Assembly (NCBI RefSeq): GCF_964204645.1
Contig: NC_134035.1
Coordinates: 11,068,451 to 11,132,450 of the forward strand
Direction: 5' to 3'
Length of the DNA stretch: 64,000 nucleotides
Source of the DNA: Tubulanus polymorphus
Taxonomy: Eukaryota; Animalia; Nemertea
Shown: one piece after another, positions 1-12,449 of the stretch
Layout of the letters: each line of letters starts with the position of its first letter
How positions within the stretch are numbered: the stretch's first letter is position 1
Notes under the pieces: generated by a model
Seen by the model: the letters and a program-made list of their open reading frames with translations, nothing else
What the model was told of the DNA's origin: nothing
The model's database searches: none
Program-made: the position numbers and the translations under genes

Positions 1-4
1 ACCC

Positions 5-312
5 GAGTCCAGTTTATTTGTGACTAAAAACCAAACTGCAATCCAATGCAGTCCAGTTGCTGAGACTAAACCGCATCATCAGTTCGGCCCCATCAGTTAG
101 TTACTGACTTATTAAAGCACAGTCCAGTTACTGACTCAACCAGAGTCTGGTTATTGACTAAACTGAAGTCCAGTTATTGTCTATACCACAGTCCAGTAAC
201 TGACTAAACTACATCCATCCAGTTACTGACTAGACCAAATCAAGTTACTGCCTGAACTATAGTCCAGTTAGTGACTAAAAACAAAAGTCTGGAAACTGAC
301 TGAAACAGTCCA
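5..312. repeat. Degenerate ~24-bp minisatellite in an intron
   Basis: About a dozen diverged copies of a CCAGTTACTGACTAAAC-like unit. Confidence 0.75.
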
Positions 313-467
313 GCATTAGACCAACTTGTTAGATAATTGGTTAGCTACTGGTATTTCAAATACTGATGATTACCACTAAGTCCACTATGAGGCTAAGGCC
401 AAACTGTGGAGAAAGAAAAATTAGCCCAGCTTTCAACAAATGATCGATGACATTTTACAATTTTAAG

Positions 468-3400
468 GAGTAGCGTGCGCCTTCTGTCACTGACCGGTGG
501 ACATGGAAATCTCAATATGGTGATATCGGAAGAAAAAGACATTCGCAATACTTCAAAAGCTTTCATGGCTGCTCAAAATTCGGGTATTTATACATTTATT
601 AGTTTAAACATCTATTACAGCAGTACGCGATTAACAAGAGAAATCCCACAATAGATACAGCCAAAAATGAAAAGTTCTATGGTAGAATGGTATATATTTC
701 GAGCTATGTTGATAATATTATTAGCAAACATCGGGCGTACTAAGAACAGAATGAAATCAACGTAATATTTATTCAAGAATCAGAGTACATCATCCCATGT
801 CGACAACTTATCCAAATGAGAATTTAGAAATTTTAATCGGAATATGAATTGAGATGTAGAATAAGAGATACAGGTTAAAGTGGTGTAAAGATTATCGATG
901 AACCCGCGTCTGAATATGACAGAGCTAACAATGACAACATTTACGAATCGAATGGTTATTTTTGAATTGATTTATCATTTATATTCAGCTGCTCAGTACA
1001 TGATGAAATGGGCGTTGCAAGAAGATGACAGAGCAATTCAGGTATACTTAATATTTTGTTACACAGAAAACCCTTGATATGGATGTATGCATTTAGTAGC
1101 TTTGATTTTGACTCCTTTTTTGCCGTTAACCTTAGGACGTCGTTTGTCAGATGGGAGAATTGAATATACTGTGGACCGAAGTGCAGCGTGAATTTACCGG
1201 TAAGGAATATATTTCTGAGCAGTTTTATTATTATTTCGCGATGCTGATTTTTTTTTGAATTTAGAAAAAAGTCTTTTTGTTTTCATTTCTAGAGCAATTG
1301 AAAATGTTCAAACAAATGTTCGAGTTGATATTGGAAGGAGAAAAACACATCGACCAAGCGCGAAATCATCTCGTACGTAATAATATCATTGTAGTACCGT
1401 CAAGTACAATCAAATTACGGATAGATTTTATTCGATTCTAAGAAGTCATCCGACATAGTTGTCCGGGAGAACACAAAATATTCCCTTTCTCGACAACTTA
1501 GATCTGGATCCCGATCAGAGAATTTGCTTGTACCAAACTATAGATTATAGATCGTTGATCTTTTGCATTTCTTGATCCCACCCTTTGGAATGCTCTACCC
1601 AAAAAACATTTGTTATGAGCCCAATTTAGTAAAATTCTCCAAAAGCTGTTAACTGGATTACTTAAACGCGCCTTTGAAGACCTGGAATGCATTTGAATGG
1701 AACATTTGAATTTGGCACTACATGAATATTATTTCATCTTCATCATCAATTGAGCATAGAATCCTCACTAAAATGCTGTCCAGTTATCCACTGCCCTCCT
1801 CTAAAAGACATCAATCCCAAGTGACGACTGCAAATCTGTTAATGTGAGGATCAACTGTTGCCATTTGTTGATTTTCAGGCCTTATGCGAACAGAAAGAAG
1901 GCAAAATCAAGAAAGAATTGAAGAAAGCTGCAAAGGTGAATATCACTCATTCATACTCGTTCAGGTTTAGGTACAAACACCCGGAGATAGTTGCTCAAAA
2001 TTCAGTTTAAGTTAACTAGTGAACAGTTGACACGTCAGTAACAATTGAAAATCAATTGTTTTTATCCAACAATTATCAATAACCGACTTAACTTCGAGCA
2101 ACTGACACCTATAAAACATAGAGGCAGCTGTATGTCAATTTCCATGTTCACAGAGTTTCTGTGTTACACATCTACAGCAAGCTGGTATAACCATTGCCGC
2201 ATTGGCCAAGTAGACTAGTTCTATTGGTCTACTGGTTAGCTTTTGCTTTCTACTTACGCGACCCGGGTTCGATCCCCAGTCAGTGCATGTACTGGTAATT
2301 TCACTACGGTCATTTCTTATATCTGGTCGTTTTATCAATAATGAGGTGAAATGGGTTTCTGATTTCAGTTCGCCACTAACGACGAGATCCGATCTTTAGA
2401 AACGAAGCTCTTACAAGCCGAAAGAGCTAAAGATATCGCTAAGTTAGAATGTAAGTTGACTGCAAACAAACAATATCGAACTTCTATCTGTTGAATATCT
2501 TGTTTATCTATAGCATGGTTCCTACAGTACGGGGAAATTGGGAAAAAACTTACATCTTAAGATAATACTTTCCAGTTTCGAAATATAGCAGGGTGACCAC
2601 TTACCAGGGAATTTTGTAAATTCACCTAGCTGTGGGGAATATAATGTGTATTCTGATATTTCGTTCGGTTGTTTTCTCAGTTGAAGATCGAATTCGCGAA
2701 AACGAAGCGATCAAGCTGACTCGGTTTCGCGAAGGGTTGATCAACGTTTCTCAGGCGTACATCGAGATGGGTAAGAAATGCGCGATCATCCACGAAGCGC
2801 AGCAGGATATCGCGTATCAGTTACCGGACGTTCAGGAGAAAGATATCGAGGATATAAAATATACTGGTGAGTACAAATTCATTACACTGTTCCCTCCACA
2901 GAGCTGCCAACTGTCCCTGATTATCAGGGACAGTCCCTGAATATAATATGGGAATATAACTTGCTTCCTCCGGCCCTGGATTGCCTGAGGTTATCACATG
3001 CCTGTTTAGACATGCATGTATGTCGGAGAGAATTTATTGGTCCTACAAGATTTTGAGATAAGCTGAAACTACAGAAAAAAAAAGAATTGTATCATGACTT
3101 TGCAAGACTTGGTGAATGGATGAACGGAGTGGCTTATTTCCGCAGAAAGTTTCCCATGATCTGACTTGACCCTTGGTGGTATGACCTGATTTGTATTGAT
3201 TCTTGAATTTAGGTTCTGGTGCTACGAAACAGTACGTTTTAAAAGCTAAAGAGAAAATCAAGCAGTACAACAGACGTGCTCGCATACGAGCTTATAATAC
3301 ATCAGGTACGTGCGCGAATTCAGAGTCCTGTTTATACGAATACTGTACAGAGTGGCTACTTACTGTTGAGTAGACTCCAACAAACTCAGTAAAGTTTGAA

Positions 3401-4463
3401 TCAGTTGCATGAAGTTGATAAACCCTCTCAGTGCTTCTACCGGTGCACCACATTGTAGTTATAAATCTAAGCAGTGTATCGGTTTAATTAGTTATAATCT
3501 CTATGGGAAGATGGCAGCACCTATTACGCAGGTGTTCTCTATCGGCATGCCTATTGCACGATACACTGAGGTTTTCAAATTATCCCCAGCTCCTCAGGGT
3601 AAAATCTGGTCAGCTCTGAAAGGGTTAAGTTAACCATTCGATAAGTACTGTCGTAACAATGAAGTTTTAATTGTCACTTAGTCAACTATCTGATGGTTTA
3701 CTTGAATCAACTTTTAAGCAATTGGCCCCAGAGGCTGGTTCCATAGTCAAGATTTACCGGTTAGTCCAAAAATTAGTCTTAGAATTCAATCAAATCTAGT
3801 CCTACTTCGAATCTCGACTATGGAACGGGCCAGTAGTATTACAGCATATGTTAGGCAGATTTTGTTGGAATAATGATATTCTAATCACATCCAATTTCAG
3901 CCAATCAAGAGCCGCCGCCTCCTTATACGCCGGGAGACTTCTTTCAAGAACGCGTAAAACACACGGTTCAACTCGATCCTGAAATGTCGGGTATACAGTC
4001 ACCGCTGACCACACAACAACAACAACAGCAGCAACAACAAGCTCGACTTCAACCAGATCCCGATAGTAACATGTTACTGCAATCACTGATCGAACATCCA
4101 GAAGTCGACGGGTCGAACATGCAATTACTGATCAATCCTCAACTGCAGTTAAACCTACAACCGGTGAACGATCGTTCTCGTATACCGGACGCGAAACCGC
4201 CGCCGCTGCTTCAACGCCATCGTCCTCCGCCGAAGATTCCCAAACAGCCTCAACAACATCAACAGCAGCAGAGAACGCCGGCTTCATCTTCCACGGGACG
4301 TCTGCCCGGGCACGCTCCGCCGCATCCCGCCGCTATTAAACAGTCATCGCAGCAGCCGCCTGCACCGGCAGTCGTAACGCCACCTTCTAGCTTCGATCGC
4401 GTCGAATGGGACTCGGATTACGAAGACGACATCGCCGACATGCTCGGCGCAGCGAAAATGTGA
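468..4463 (+). CDS. Pil1/Lsp1 (eisosome)-like BAR-domain protein with a PPxY motif and Gln/Pro-rich tail; 5' exon(s) lie upstream of the window
   Basis: Nine GT-AG exons join in phase: 468-583, 989-1041, 1136-1199, 1293-1372, 1879-1935, 2369-2450, 2681-2866, 3213-3305, 3901-4463. Translation: SSVRLLSLTGGHGNLNMVISEEKDIRNTSKAFMAAQNSAAQYMMKWALQEDDRAIQDVVCQMGELNILWTEVQREFTEQLKMFKQMFELILEGEKHIDQARNHLALCEQKEGKIKKELKKAAKFATNDEIRSLETKLLQAERAKDIAKLEFEDRIRENEAIKLTRFREGL...KYTGSGATKQYVLKAKEKIKQY...NQEPPPPYTPG...MLGAAKM*. The gene structure is secure; the family call rests on recalled Pil1/Lsp1 motifs. Confidence 0.8.
1989..2104. mobile_element. Palindromic MITE family B (AGTTGCTCAAAA...TTTTGAGCAACT)
   Basis: Terminal inverted repeats. 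Related copies at ~4975-5092, 18848-19119 and 33017-33134. Confidence 0.65.
2218..2288 (+). pseudogene. tRNA-derived sequence (tRNA pseudogene or SINE head)
   Basis: A-box-like TGGTCTACTGG and T-arm/B-box CCGGGTTCGATCCCCAG ending in TGCA. Acceptor and anticodon stems do not pair properly. Confidence 0.5.
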
Positions 4464-6111
4464 ATACGCGCTTCAAATCGTTAGACGCTGTTTTCATCGG
4501 TTATTGTTTTATTGTTGGGATGAATACGGACAGTACCGAGGCCTGTTGATCAGCGATAACCAGCGGATGAAAACCATCGTAGAAATACAATTTCAATCGG
4601 CACAATTGTAGTATTCTCCGCTGGTTTACTTTATACAACTACCGTATTTTAAACAACTGGCCCTTGATGTTATTGTGGGATCTCATTATAAGTTTTAATC
4701 GGCTAACATCATTCGGACTGAAATGGGAGTTGAATTTGAAAAATTACTACGCGTTAAACCTTTCTTCTGTTGGGACTGCTCGGCCCTGTTTTTAAATTAA
4801 ACCCGAGGGATAACACAATTGACTAACAATACAGTAGACTCCTCCTTACTCTGTTTTGGTTAATCGAACGCCTTAGATTTACCTGATTCTGAACTAGGCA
4901 AAATTTTGACGCTACATTGTAATGCCCAGTTAACTGCAGTTGAGCTAATCTTCCGTTTAAAGTCTGGGGTCAGTAACGTTGCTCAAAAGTTGGATGTTAC
5001 TGGATAGCTGACAGTGACAATAATTACAACTGCATTCTTATCATGGTAGTTATGAGATGGTTAACTTAGACTTAACTTTTGAGCAACTGACCAGTGATGC
5101 CAACCCGCTGGTTTTGGCATGATTCTGAGTTTGTGACGGCATTCAGCATTATAGACGTCATAAATGTTTTTAGTCTGTTGATTTCGAAGAGGTTTGAGAT
5201 AAAGCCGTGTACGAGTTCAGTAACGTTTAGAGTATCTTCTCGATGAAATGGCGTCCGTTGTAGTAACTTTCGGATATTAACCCGACCGAAGTCTTAGTTT
5301 TATTTTCAATTCAATATTAAAGATTGTTCTCATCGAGGAGAATTATATCGAGCTTTGATTATCATTATCGCCGTATGTTATATGCTACGAAGGTGCTTAT
5401 TATTGCTATACTGATGTGTACATGTACGTAATGACGAATTATGCCAAGTTGTGTACATCATTGAACTGTACACAAACCATAACTTCAGGGAATACAGTTA
5501 CTACCTATATAATGTATTACATGTGTTATGAAGCTAGACATAATAGATACATATTAGATATATACATAGTAGACTACTCCGCTTAGATCGAGTTTTTTGG
5601 ACCTTGATACTTCGTTCGACTTTTGCGACATCGTAGTTGGATAGTACATACCCGTACATTTCATATCATAGACCTCTTGTGGCCGTGGGCTTTTTCCAAA
5701 TTACAACGCCGTAATCACGGTCGAACGCAATAAGTTGTTTACATGACAGACTTGTGGCAAGTCGCAATCGAACAAGTGTGAGGAATACCCGTATAGAAAA
5801 GCTTTTTCAGCAAATATCCGAGTTGGTTCGATCCGATTTGTTGAGCAGAGGTTACTGTATAATGCTATGGATACTTGTAATGATGTAGTTTCTGTGACCT
5901 ATAAGTGTTGATCGATATTTATTTGAATGTTATGTACGTTTAATTGGGTTCTGGAACAGAACGGCCCCTGATTTCGGTAGGAATTTGAACTCGGTTGTTG
6001 TAGGACATTTAGCTTCCATTCGTACATCCATAACGTTACTTGATATTACGGTTCTATATGGCTGATAATACTGGGATCAACTGCTTGTGAATTGACTACC
6101 ATCATCGTTTG

Positions 6112-6446
6112 CCAGGGTTTGATCGCCTCCCGCCAAAGCTCACACCAACACAAAACCTCATCGCAGACCCTTCATAGGTCTATTACACCACCCAAGATTT
6201 CTTGGTAGAACAGGTTGCCTCCAGCTGCCACCAGTCTATGTATTAAGCCAATCAGATGCATTTTTTTCACCGGCAGATTCACTCTATCAATACCATGAAT
6301 CTGATTGGCTAGATATATAGACTGGCGGCTGCTGAGAGTGGCAGCCTGTGCTTCAAAGAAATCTCGGGCGGTGTAATAGACCAATGAAGGGTCTTCAGCC
6401 AGGGTTGTGTTGGCGTGAGCTTTGGCGGGAGGCAATGAAACCCTGG
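6112..6446. mobile_element. MITE with ~45-bp terminal inverted repeats, in the probable 3'UTR of the Pil1-like gene
   Basis: CCAGGGTTTGATCGCCTCCCGCCAAAGCTCACACCAACACAA ... TTGTGTTGGCGTGAGCTTTGGCGGGAGGCAATGAAACCCTGG. Confidence 0.8.
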
Positions 6447-6689
6447 TAAGTGAGGATGATTGGATAAATGAAAGAATTGTTGTCATTCAACTCTCGTTAT
6501 TCGTGATGCAATATTTGGCCGATGTTTCTCCCTCTGGTTCGATGTTGTTCTAGTTTATTCTCTTGCTGTGAATTCGTAACGATATTATAATGATGTATAT
6601 TATAGATATATTACACTATAAAGTATATGATACAATATAAAACTGCGTTGTTTCATTATTTATCATGAATTTATGTTGAAAATGGTAAC

Positions 6690-6700
6690 AAATAAATAAA
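6690..6700 (+). terminator. Probable polyadenylation signal of the Pil1-like gene
   Basis: Overlapping AATAAATAAA followed by T/GT-rich sequence, at the end of an AT-rich stretch downstream of the stop. Confidence 0.45.
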
Positions 6701-9700
6701 ATGTTTCTCGATTACGTGACGTTAAACTTTTGCTTTTGTGAGGTGTCGCACTCTAGTGGTCGTCGATGGCACTGAATCATTGGATGCATTAGTCAACATA
6801 CCCCGGTATGAAGGATTGTAGTTTCCAGTTCATGTGTAAGCTGTATCTAATCCCTTGCTACATAAGAATCGTATTTCTCTATCACCGCACTATGGTTACA
6901 ACCTACCTTGTATTACATCAAGCAAGATCCCTACCAGGACTCATCGTCATAACAGAAAATGCTATTAAAGGTCCTCGAAGTTGAACTCAATGCCCAAAAC
7001 ACCTTCAATTTTGAGAAATAGGCAAGTTGTAGCCTACCCCTAAATCGATCCAGTCGGGACCTGGATTAGACGTTTACCCAATTAGAAACCGTGTTTAAGT
7101 AGTGGATAGGATAAAAATGCCACTGAATTGATGGTTTACTGAGATAAATACACTGTAGTACCAATAGAGCGATGCAGACGACTCATCGGTAGGGACCCTG
7201 TCAAGGGGTTAAGTCCCTCTTGCCAGGTATCATATATTATGCGTCTTGACCAGCGCCAACAAACGATGGATGCTAGTAGAACTGGCATGATATCTTAGAA
7301 TAATAGCTGGGCAGCACCTCTCTGGTATTATCCTGTCCTCCGATAACTCCGCTAGGTCCAATATATCTCTGGTATAATATCCTGGGCATGGCTCTGAAAG
7401 GGCCCCCACTCTTAGCAATAACCTGACCTTAAGGTCCCCAATGTCATCATATCCTAGCCCCTGCTCGTGTTGAATAATTAAGCCACTTCTGGCCATCTCT
7501 CCTGGAAAGTTTTACCCATAGATGGGCCAAGGATTTCTTGCTTCCCATTTTACAGCTTGAATACTGGACAGGACAATACTGGACAAAATATGTCAAACCA
7601 GTCGTCCAGCTACAAGTATCTTATCTGTATCAACGTTTTTCCGATAGCCCGGGCCCCAGTTTCATTGCATTCCTCATTTGTGTTACAATATGAATACTGA
7701 GGGACGTAAGGTTAGGTAGTCCAGCTGTCAACCATCTCCGCTGATTCACAAAATCCTCCGAACAAATAAATTACACAAAATTACAATCATATGTTATTCT
7801 AAAACTGTGATGTAACTGGTTTATTCGAACTATTTTAATCCTATTCAATCTGTATAAGGTATGATGATAATAATAATAATAATAATAAACATTTCAAGAA
7901 GAGACACAAATATTTCACAAAACGACGATAAAGAAGTGACGTTCACAAAATCGGCGACGAGAATCTACAAAATCCCCACAAACGTTGTTTACCATCGATA
8001 AATAAATATTCAATTAAATAATATTACAATATTTCTTTAATAAATACGTTTATGTACACTCTACAAATATAGAACAATACCGCTGGCCAAACAATGCCTG
8101 AGTAACCTACACACGTGTCATGTGTACACAGCAACAGTAACATTTAATCTATCTATTGTACCTAAGTTTCAACTAAATCAACATAGGTGTAATAAGTCAC
8201 ATATATGATCCTTGATCAACAGTGTGTTCTATGGTCTATGATAGGCTTTGTTTATCGTGTCAATGTTTTTTCAACAGTTAAAAGTTGGCTAATCTTTCAT
8301 GGTGCCTTAAGCGAATACAGATATATTAAACTACAGGTGTTTAATGTTTTGATGTCAGCAAAATGTATTGAAACAATACTGAAGTAATTGCAGGTGTTAT
8401 AGTTCACAATAATTTGAAGAGGGTCCTGTTACTTAGAATTAAAAAAATAGATGCTTCATTTGAAACCGCGTTATGGGTGTACCTACAGCAAAATACCCAA
8501 CGATAAATGCTAAATTCTTTAGAAATCTTGGATTATGAACCAGTGTTGGTACCGAGCAATATCGGATTCATACTCGACACACGAACTGAAAACAAACTGA
8601 AGCAAAATTGAACTTTATAGGACGTGAACTTAATTTAATTTTGACCAGCGGTATACAAATCTATGAACTTGTTTCATGATCTTAAACTTAAAAAAAAAAA
8701 ACCTGTTTTAAACGCACTCTACAGAATCTCAAGATGCAGGAATGAAATTAGTCTCAAATTACAGGATATCAAATACACTTAGTTACAAAACACAAAGACC
8801 ATACACACAGGCATTTAATGGTTAATCACCTGAGGCCGGTATGAATATGCAATTAGCTATGTAGTCAATTGTTTGAAGAAGTTACAACTAAGTGAAACTT
8901 GATTTTATCGAGGAAATAGGACATTAGCGAGAAAGGTATATATTACCTTTCAGTTCATGAATAATCAGTTCGCTATGTCAACATTCTGTAGTATAGATAC
9001 TATAGTTGGCTGCATATTTGCTCTAACATAAACTCCAATAAAGATACGGTTTATTGCCGCTCTTAAGCTTGAAATCAGAGTCAAGTTCAAACTATAAGTT
9101 CCCGCTATAAATATATTCATCGATCTAAACTCATTTTATCATAAATTAAAAAGACAAAACTAAGCATACTTTAAAAACAATATAAAATCTCGAGAAATTT
9201 TCCCAAAAAAAAAGAAAGAATCGAAAGAATTACGTTACGATTAAAATCTACAAGCATATCTAAAACCCAGGCTGAGATGATTTCTCTCGTGTAAAATAAA
9301 GCTATTCGCTCTTGTTTTTCGATCTATAAAAACGATGAATTTTTATTCGTTAAGTAGAGGACAACGGAGAAACACTTTTTCCGTTAAAAGGGATTTTGTA
9401 GAAACCGGCTGCAAAAAAAACGAAAACGTGAACGTTTCTTTTTTTCTTCAAACAATTAATGACGAAGTAATGAATGAACATTTCAAGTATTATAAAGGAA
9501 AATGACACAATGCACAAGACGAACTTATTTTACAAATACAAATTACGTTTACTTTTTTAAACCAAGGTAAAAACTTCAGTTAGGACAATCTCATTTCGCA
9601 ACTGCACTTTCTATCAAGGCGAACTTCGGTTATCAGAGTTAGTCGACTGAAGTTGAACCAAATGAAACCGAATATCATTTAGTCGGAACTGTAGTCCAGA

Positions 9701-11869
9701 AATGATCGACTAGAGAATTAAGTACTACGGTCACTGGTAGTTTGTACCTATTTTCAAGATGGCCGACACGGTGAAATACGTTACGACCGAACCATAGTGC
9801 CTTCGGTTATAAGTTCCGTCCTCTTGTCGACTAGTTACAAAAACCGAAGTTAGGTCGCCCGGGTCCAATGCATATATGCAAACAAAACTCTGATCCAAAG
9901 TATATTGAGTGGAGACAATAACTAGAGGTAAACTATTTTGTCAAGTGGACATTTTAGACTTTGAAATCAGAGAACTGCTTATCGGAGGTGTTATCAGTTC
10001 AACTTTCACCTGACCCGGTAATCAATGAATACCGAAAACAACCAGAACAACTAAACCGGTTTTCAAAAATCATATCGCCCTTTGGACCCATTAAATCTTA
10101 TCAGTTGGTCGGCAACGCCGAGAGAGAGCTTGTCGCAACAAGAAGAATTTACTTGTGACAATCATCAATCACTTTTCATAAACCAGAACAGTACAATCAG
10201 TTGATACGCAAATCGTCCGATATATTCTAACTAAAACCAATCTAGATATTTCTAGCAATTATGAAATACAGCAGATTCTTAAAAAGAGAGGAAAATATCG
10301 TTAATTTCTCCCGATCGATACAGTACGATAACAACGATCACTAGCCACTAAATGATAATAAAACCACACGCGAAAAACTGTTCTGGTCAAATCTCTTTTA
10401 CGCGACTTTTAAAAAAGACGACACAAATCACAACCATATGCATGCCACGAAAACAGCGCGGTACACATGCATTTTTAAAAATGTCACAAACGCAATATTA
10501 TTATGAAGTGAAATAAAACAAAACGAGACATACATGAAGTAGTTTAAAAAACGGCGAGAACGTACGCGCGAGAAAAAAAAAACCAAACTAACGCAGACCT
10601 CGTTTAAAACAAACTGCATACAAAGTCCTGAGTGTATGTATTTTGACAGACATATGGACACGAACAAACCGGTGGGATATAATTATTAAGATACTTTGCC
10701 AATATTTTAGACGCATCGAAACATCGTCGCCTAATTCGTTTTTAAGGATGCCCTACCACACCTGCCAGTCGGGTAAAATAGCTTTTTTGTCATGGAACAA
10801 ACATTTATACACTACATATTACACGTTATATGGGCCCTACACATTATGAATGGTGTATGTGTGCTTATCAGGTGCTTAGCAACCGAAATCTGTGACCTAG
10901 GACACAGAAACGACAATGTGTGCTAAGCTCTTATCAGTGGAATGATATTGTCCCATAAAATGATAAACTGTTCAATATCAGGTGCATACACCCCCAGGAG
11001 ATAAGCACTGGAGACACAGATACTACAACATAGAAGTCTTCGGTGGTGGTTGTTCTGCTTGAGATATGAGAAAATATTTGGCAATGGTAGCACAGTCATT
11101 AAAAAATGATTTCCATTAATAATTCCACAAGCCCAACACACACGATGAAGGGAAACAGAATACATAAATGGAAACATGTTTCTGTCTCCTGTTTCTGTGT
11201 TTCCCTGCGTCGCGTGTGTTCTGCGTTACGTAAGAAGTACCCCTGCCAGTTTTTTTTTTTAGTGTGAAAAAAACCACGTATCGTGGTTAACACACAAGTC
11301 CACAAATAATACGTTATAATTAAATAATGATAATAATAAACTTACAAATAAAAGAAAATAATCCTTATCTTTTTTTGAAAAGCGCACTGAATGAATAATA
11401 CTGAACGCAGTGCGCTTCACATCGTGTTTGAGCATGAATTCTGGACGATGAAAATTCGCAAAAACGTCTCTCAAAATTGCGTCTATAAATATATATGTAT
11501 GTATATATAGAGGTTTGTATAATAAAGAGTATAACTGTTTCCTGTTTTCTTCGACAGACACATATAATGCTTTAAAAAACCAAACACTGTTTTAGTTGAC
11601 TAGACTAACGAAAAGTCTTTATTTATTTATTACGATGTTTGATTAGTTTTCGAATCAAATTTTACGTCGATAATTTTTTCGGCTTTTGATTTTTTTGTTC
11701 GAAGCTAGCTATCACAGACCCGACTACCTCGGTATCTACCATTGTAGCAGTTTTTATCTAACGTCTAAAATAGTACTTTAACTGAAAATGAACTAGAAAT
11801 TATTGTGATTCCGGGAGTATTATTATAATAATTTTGGTAGTAATTGAGCTCTTAAAATAGTAGCTACTC

Positions 11870-12149
11870 TTAACCCTTGCAGTGCGGTGTATAAATCAGT
11901 GATGGATTTTGCTAGTACACCGCACTGCGGTGTATTGATGTAATTAGTAATTTGTTATTATTTCTATTGAAAAATGGCAGCAAGTGTCAAACATAGTGAA
12001 ATACTAGTAACTAACGATACACCGCACTGCGGTGTAGACGCACTAAAGTGGTATTCCCATTGTTCAACACACTAGGGTGGAATTTTTTAGAATTTTCAAA
12101 TTTTCTCCAGCACTATAGGGTATTAATTAGTCAGCACTGAAAGGGTTAA
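11870..12149. mobile_element. piggyBac-like non-autonomous MITE (TTAA target site, CCC...GGG ends)
   Basis: TTAA-CCCTTGCAGTGC ... GCACTGAAAGGG-TTAA. A closely related copy in the opposite orientation lies at 44869-45151, and a diverged relative at ~3419-3629. Confidence 0.8.
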
Positions 12150-12301
12150 ATAGTAGTGGTAGTCAAGTCTGCTATCATCATTATTGGTTCATGCGTAGCG
12201 TTAGATTCAACGTTTGATTTTTTTGCAATTGGTTTATTTTTGTTTCGTTTAGATTAGGGGGGAAGGAATTAGTTAGATATTTTTAAAAGGAATTATGAAT
12301 T

Positions 12302-12449
12302 ACAGTAGAACTCTCTTAATTCGGGCGACTAGGGACTGCCCAGATTTTTTTCGAATTAAGCAAAATCCGAATTATGGCTAATATTTTACATAGTTCCAGA
12401 TTAAATCGATTTTTTGAAAAATTTTTGAATTCTTAAGCGAGTTCTACTG
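12302..12449. mobile_element. Tc1/pogo-like MITE (CAGT...ACTG ends)
   Basis: TACAGTAGAACTCTCTTAATTCG ... TTAAGCGAGTTCTACTG. Similar termini at ~5567-5859, 18894-19051 and 32964-33240. Confidence 0.6.

Noticed and set aside
6172-6486. 104-aa minus-strand ORF
   Set aside because: It lies largely within a TIR-bounded MITE and has no transposase motifs.
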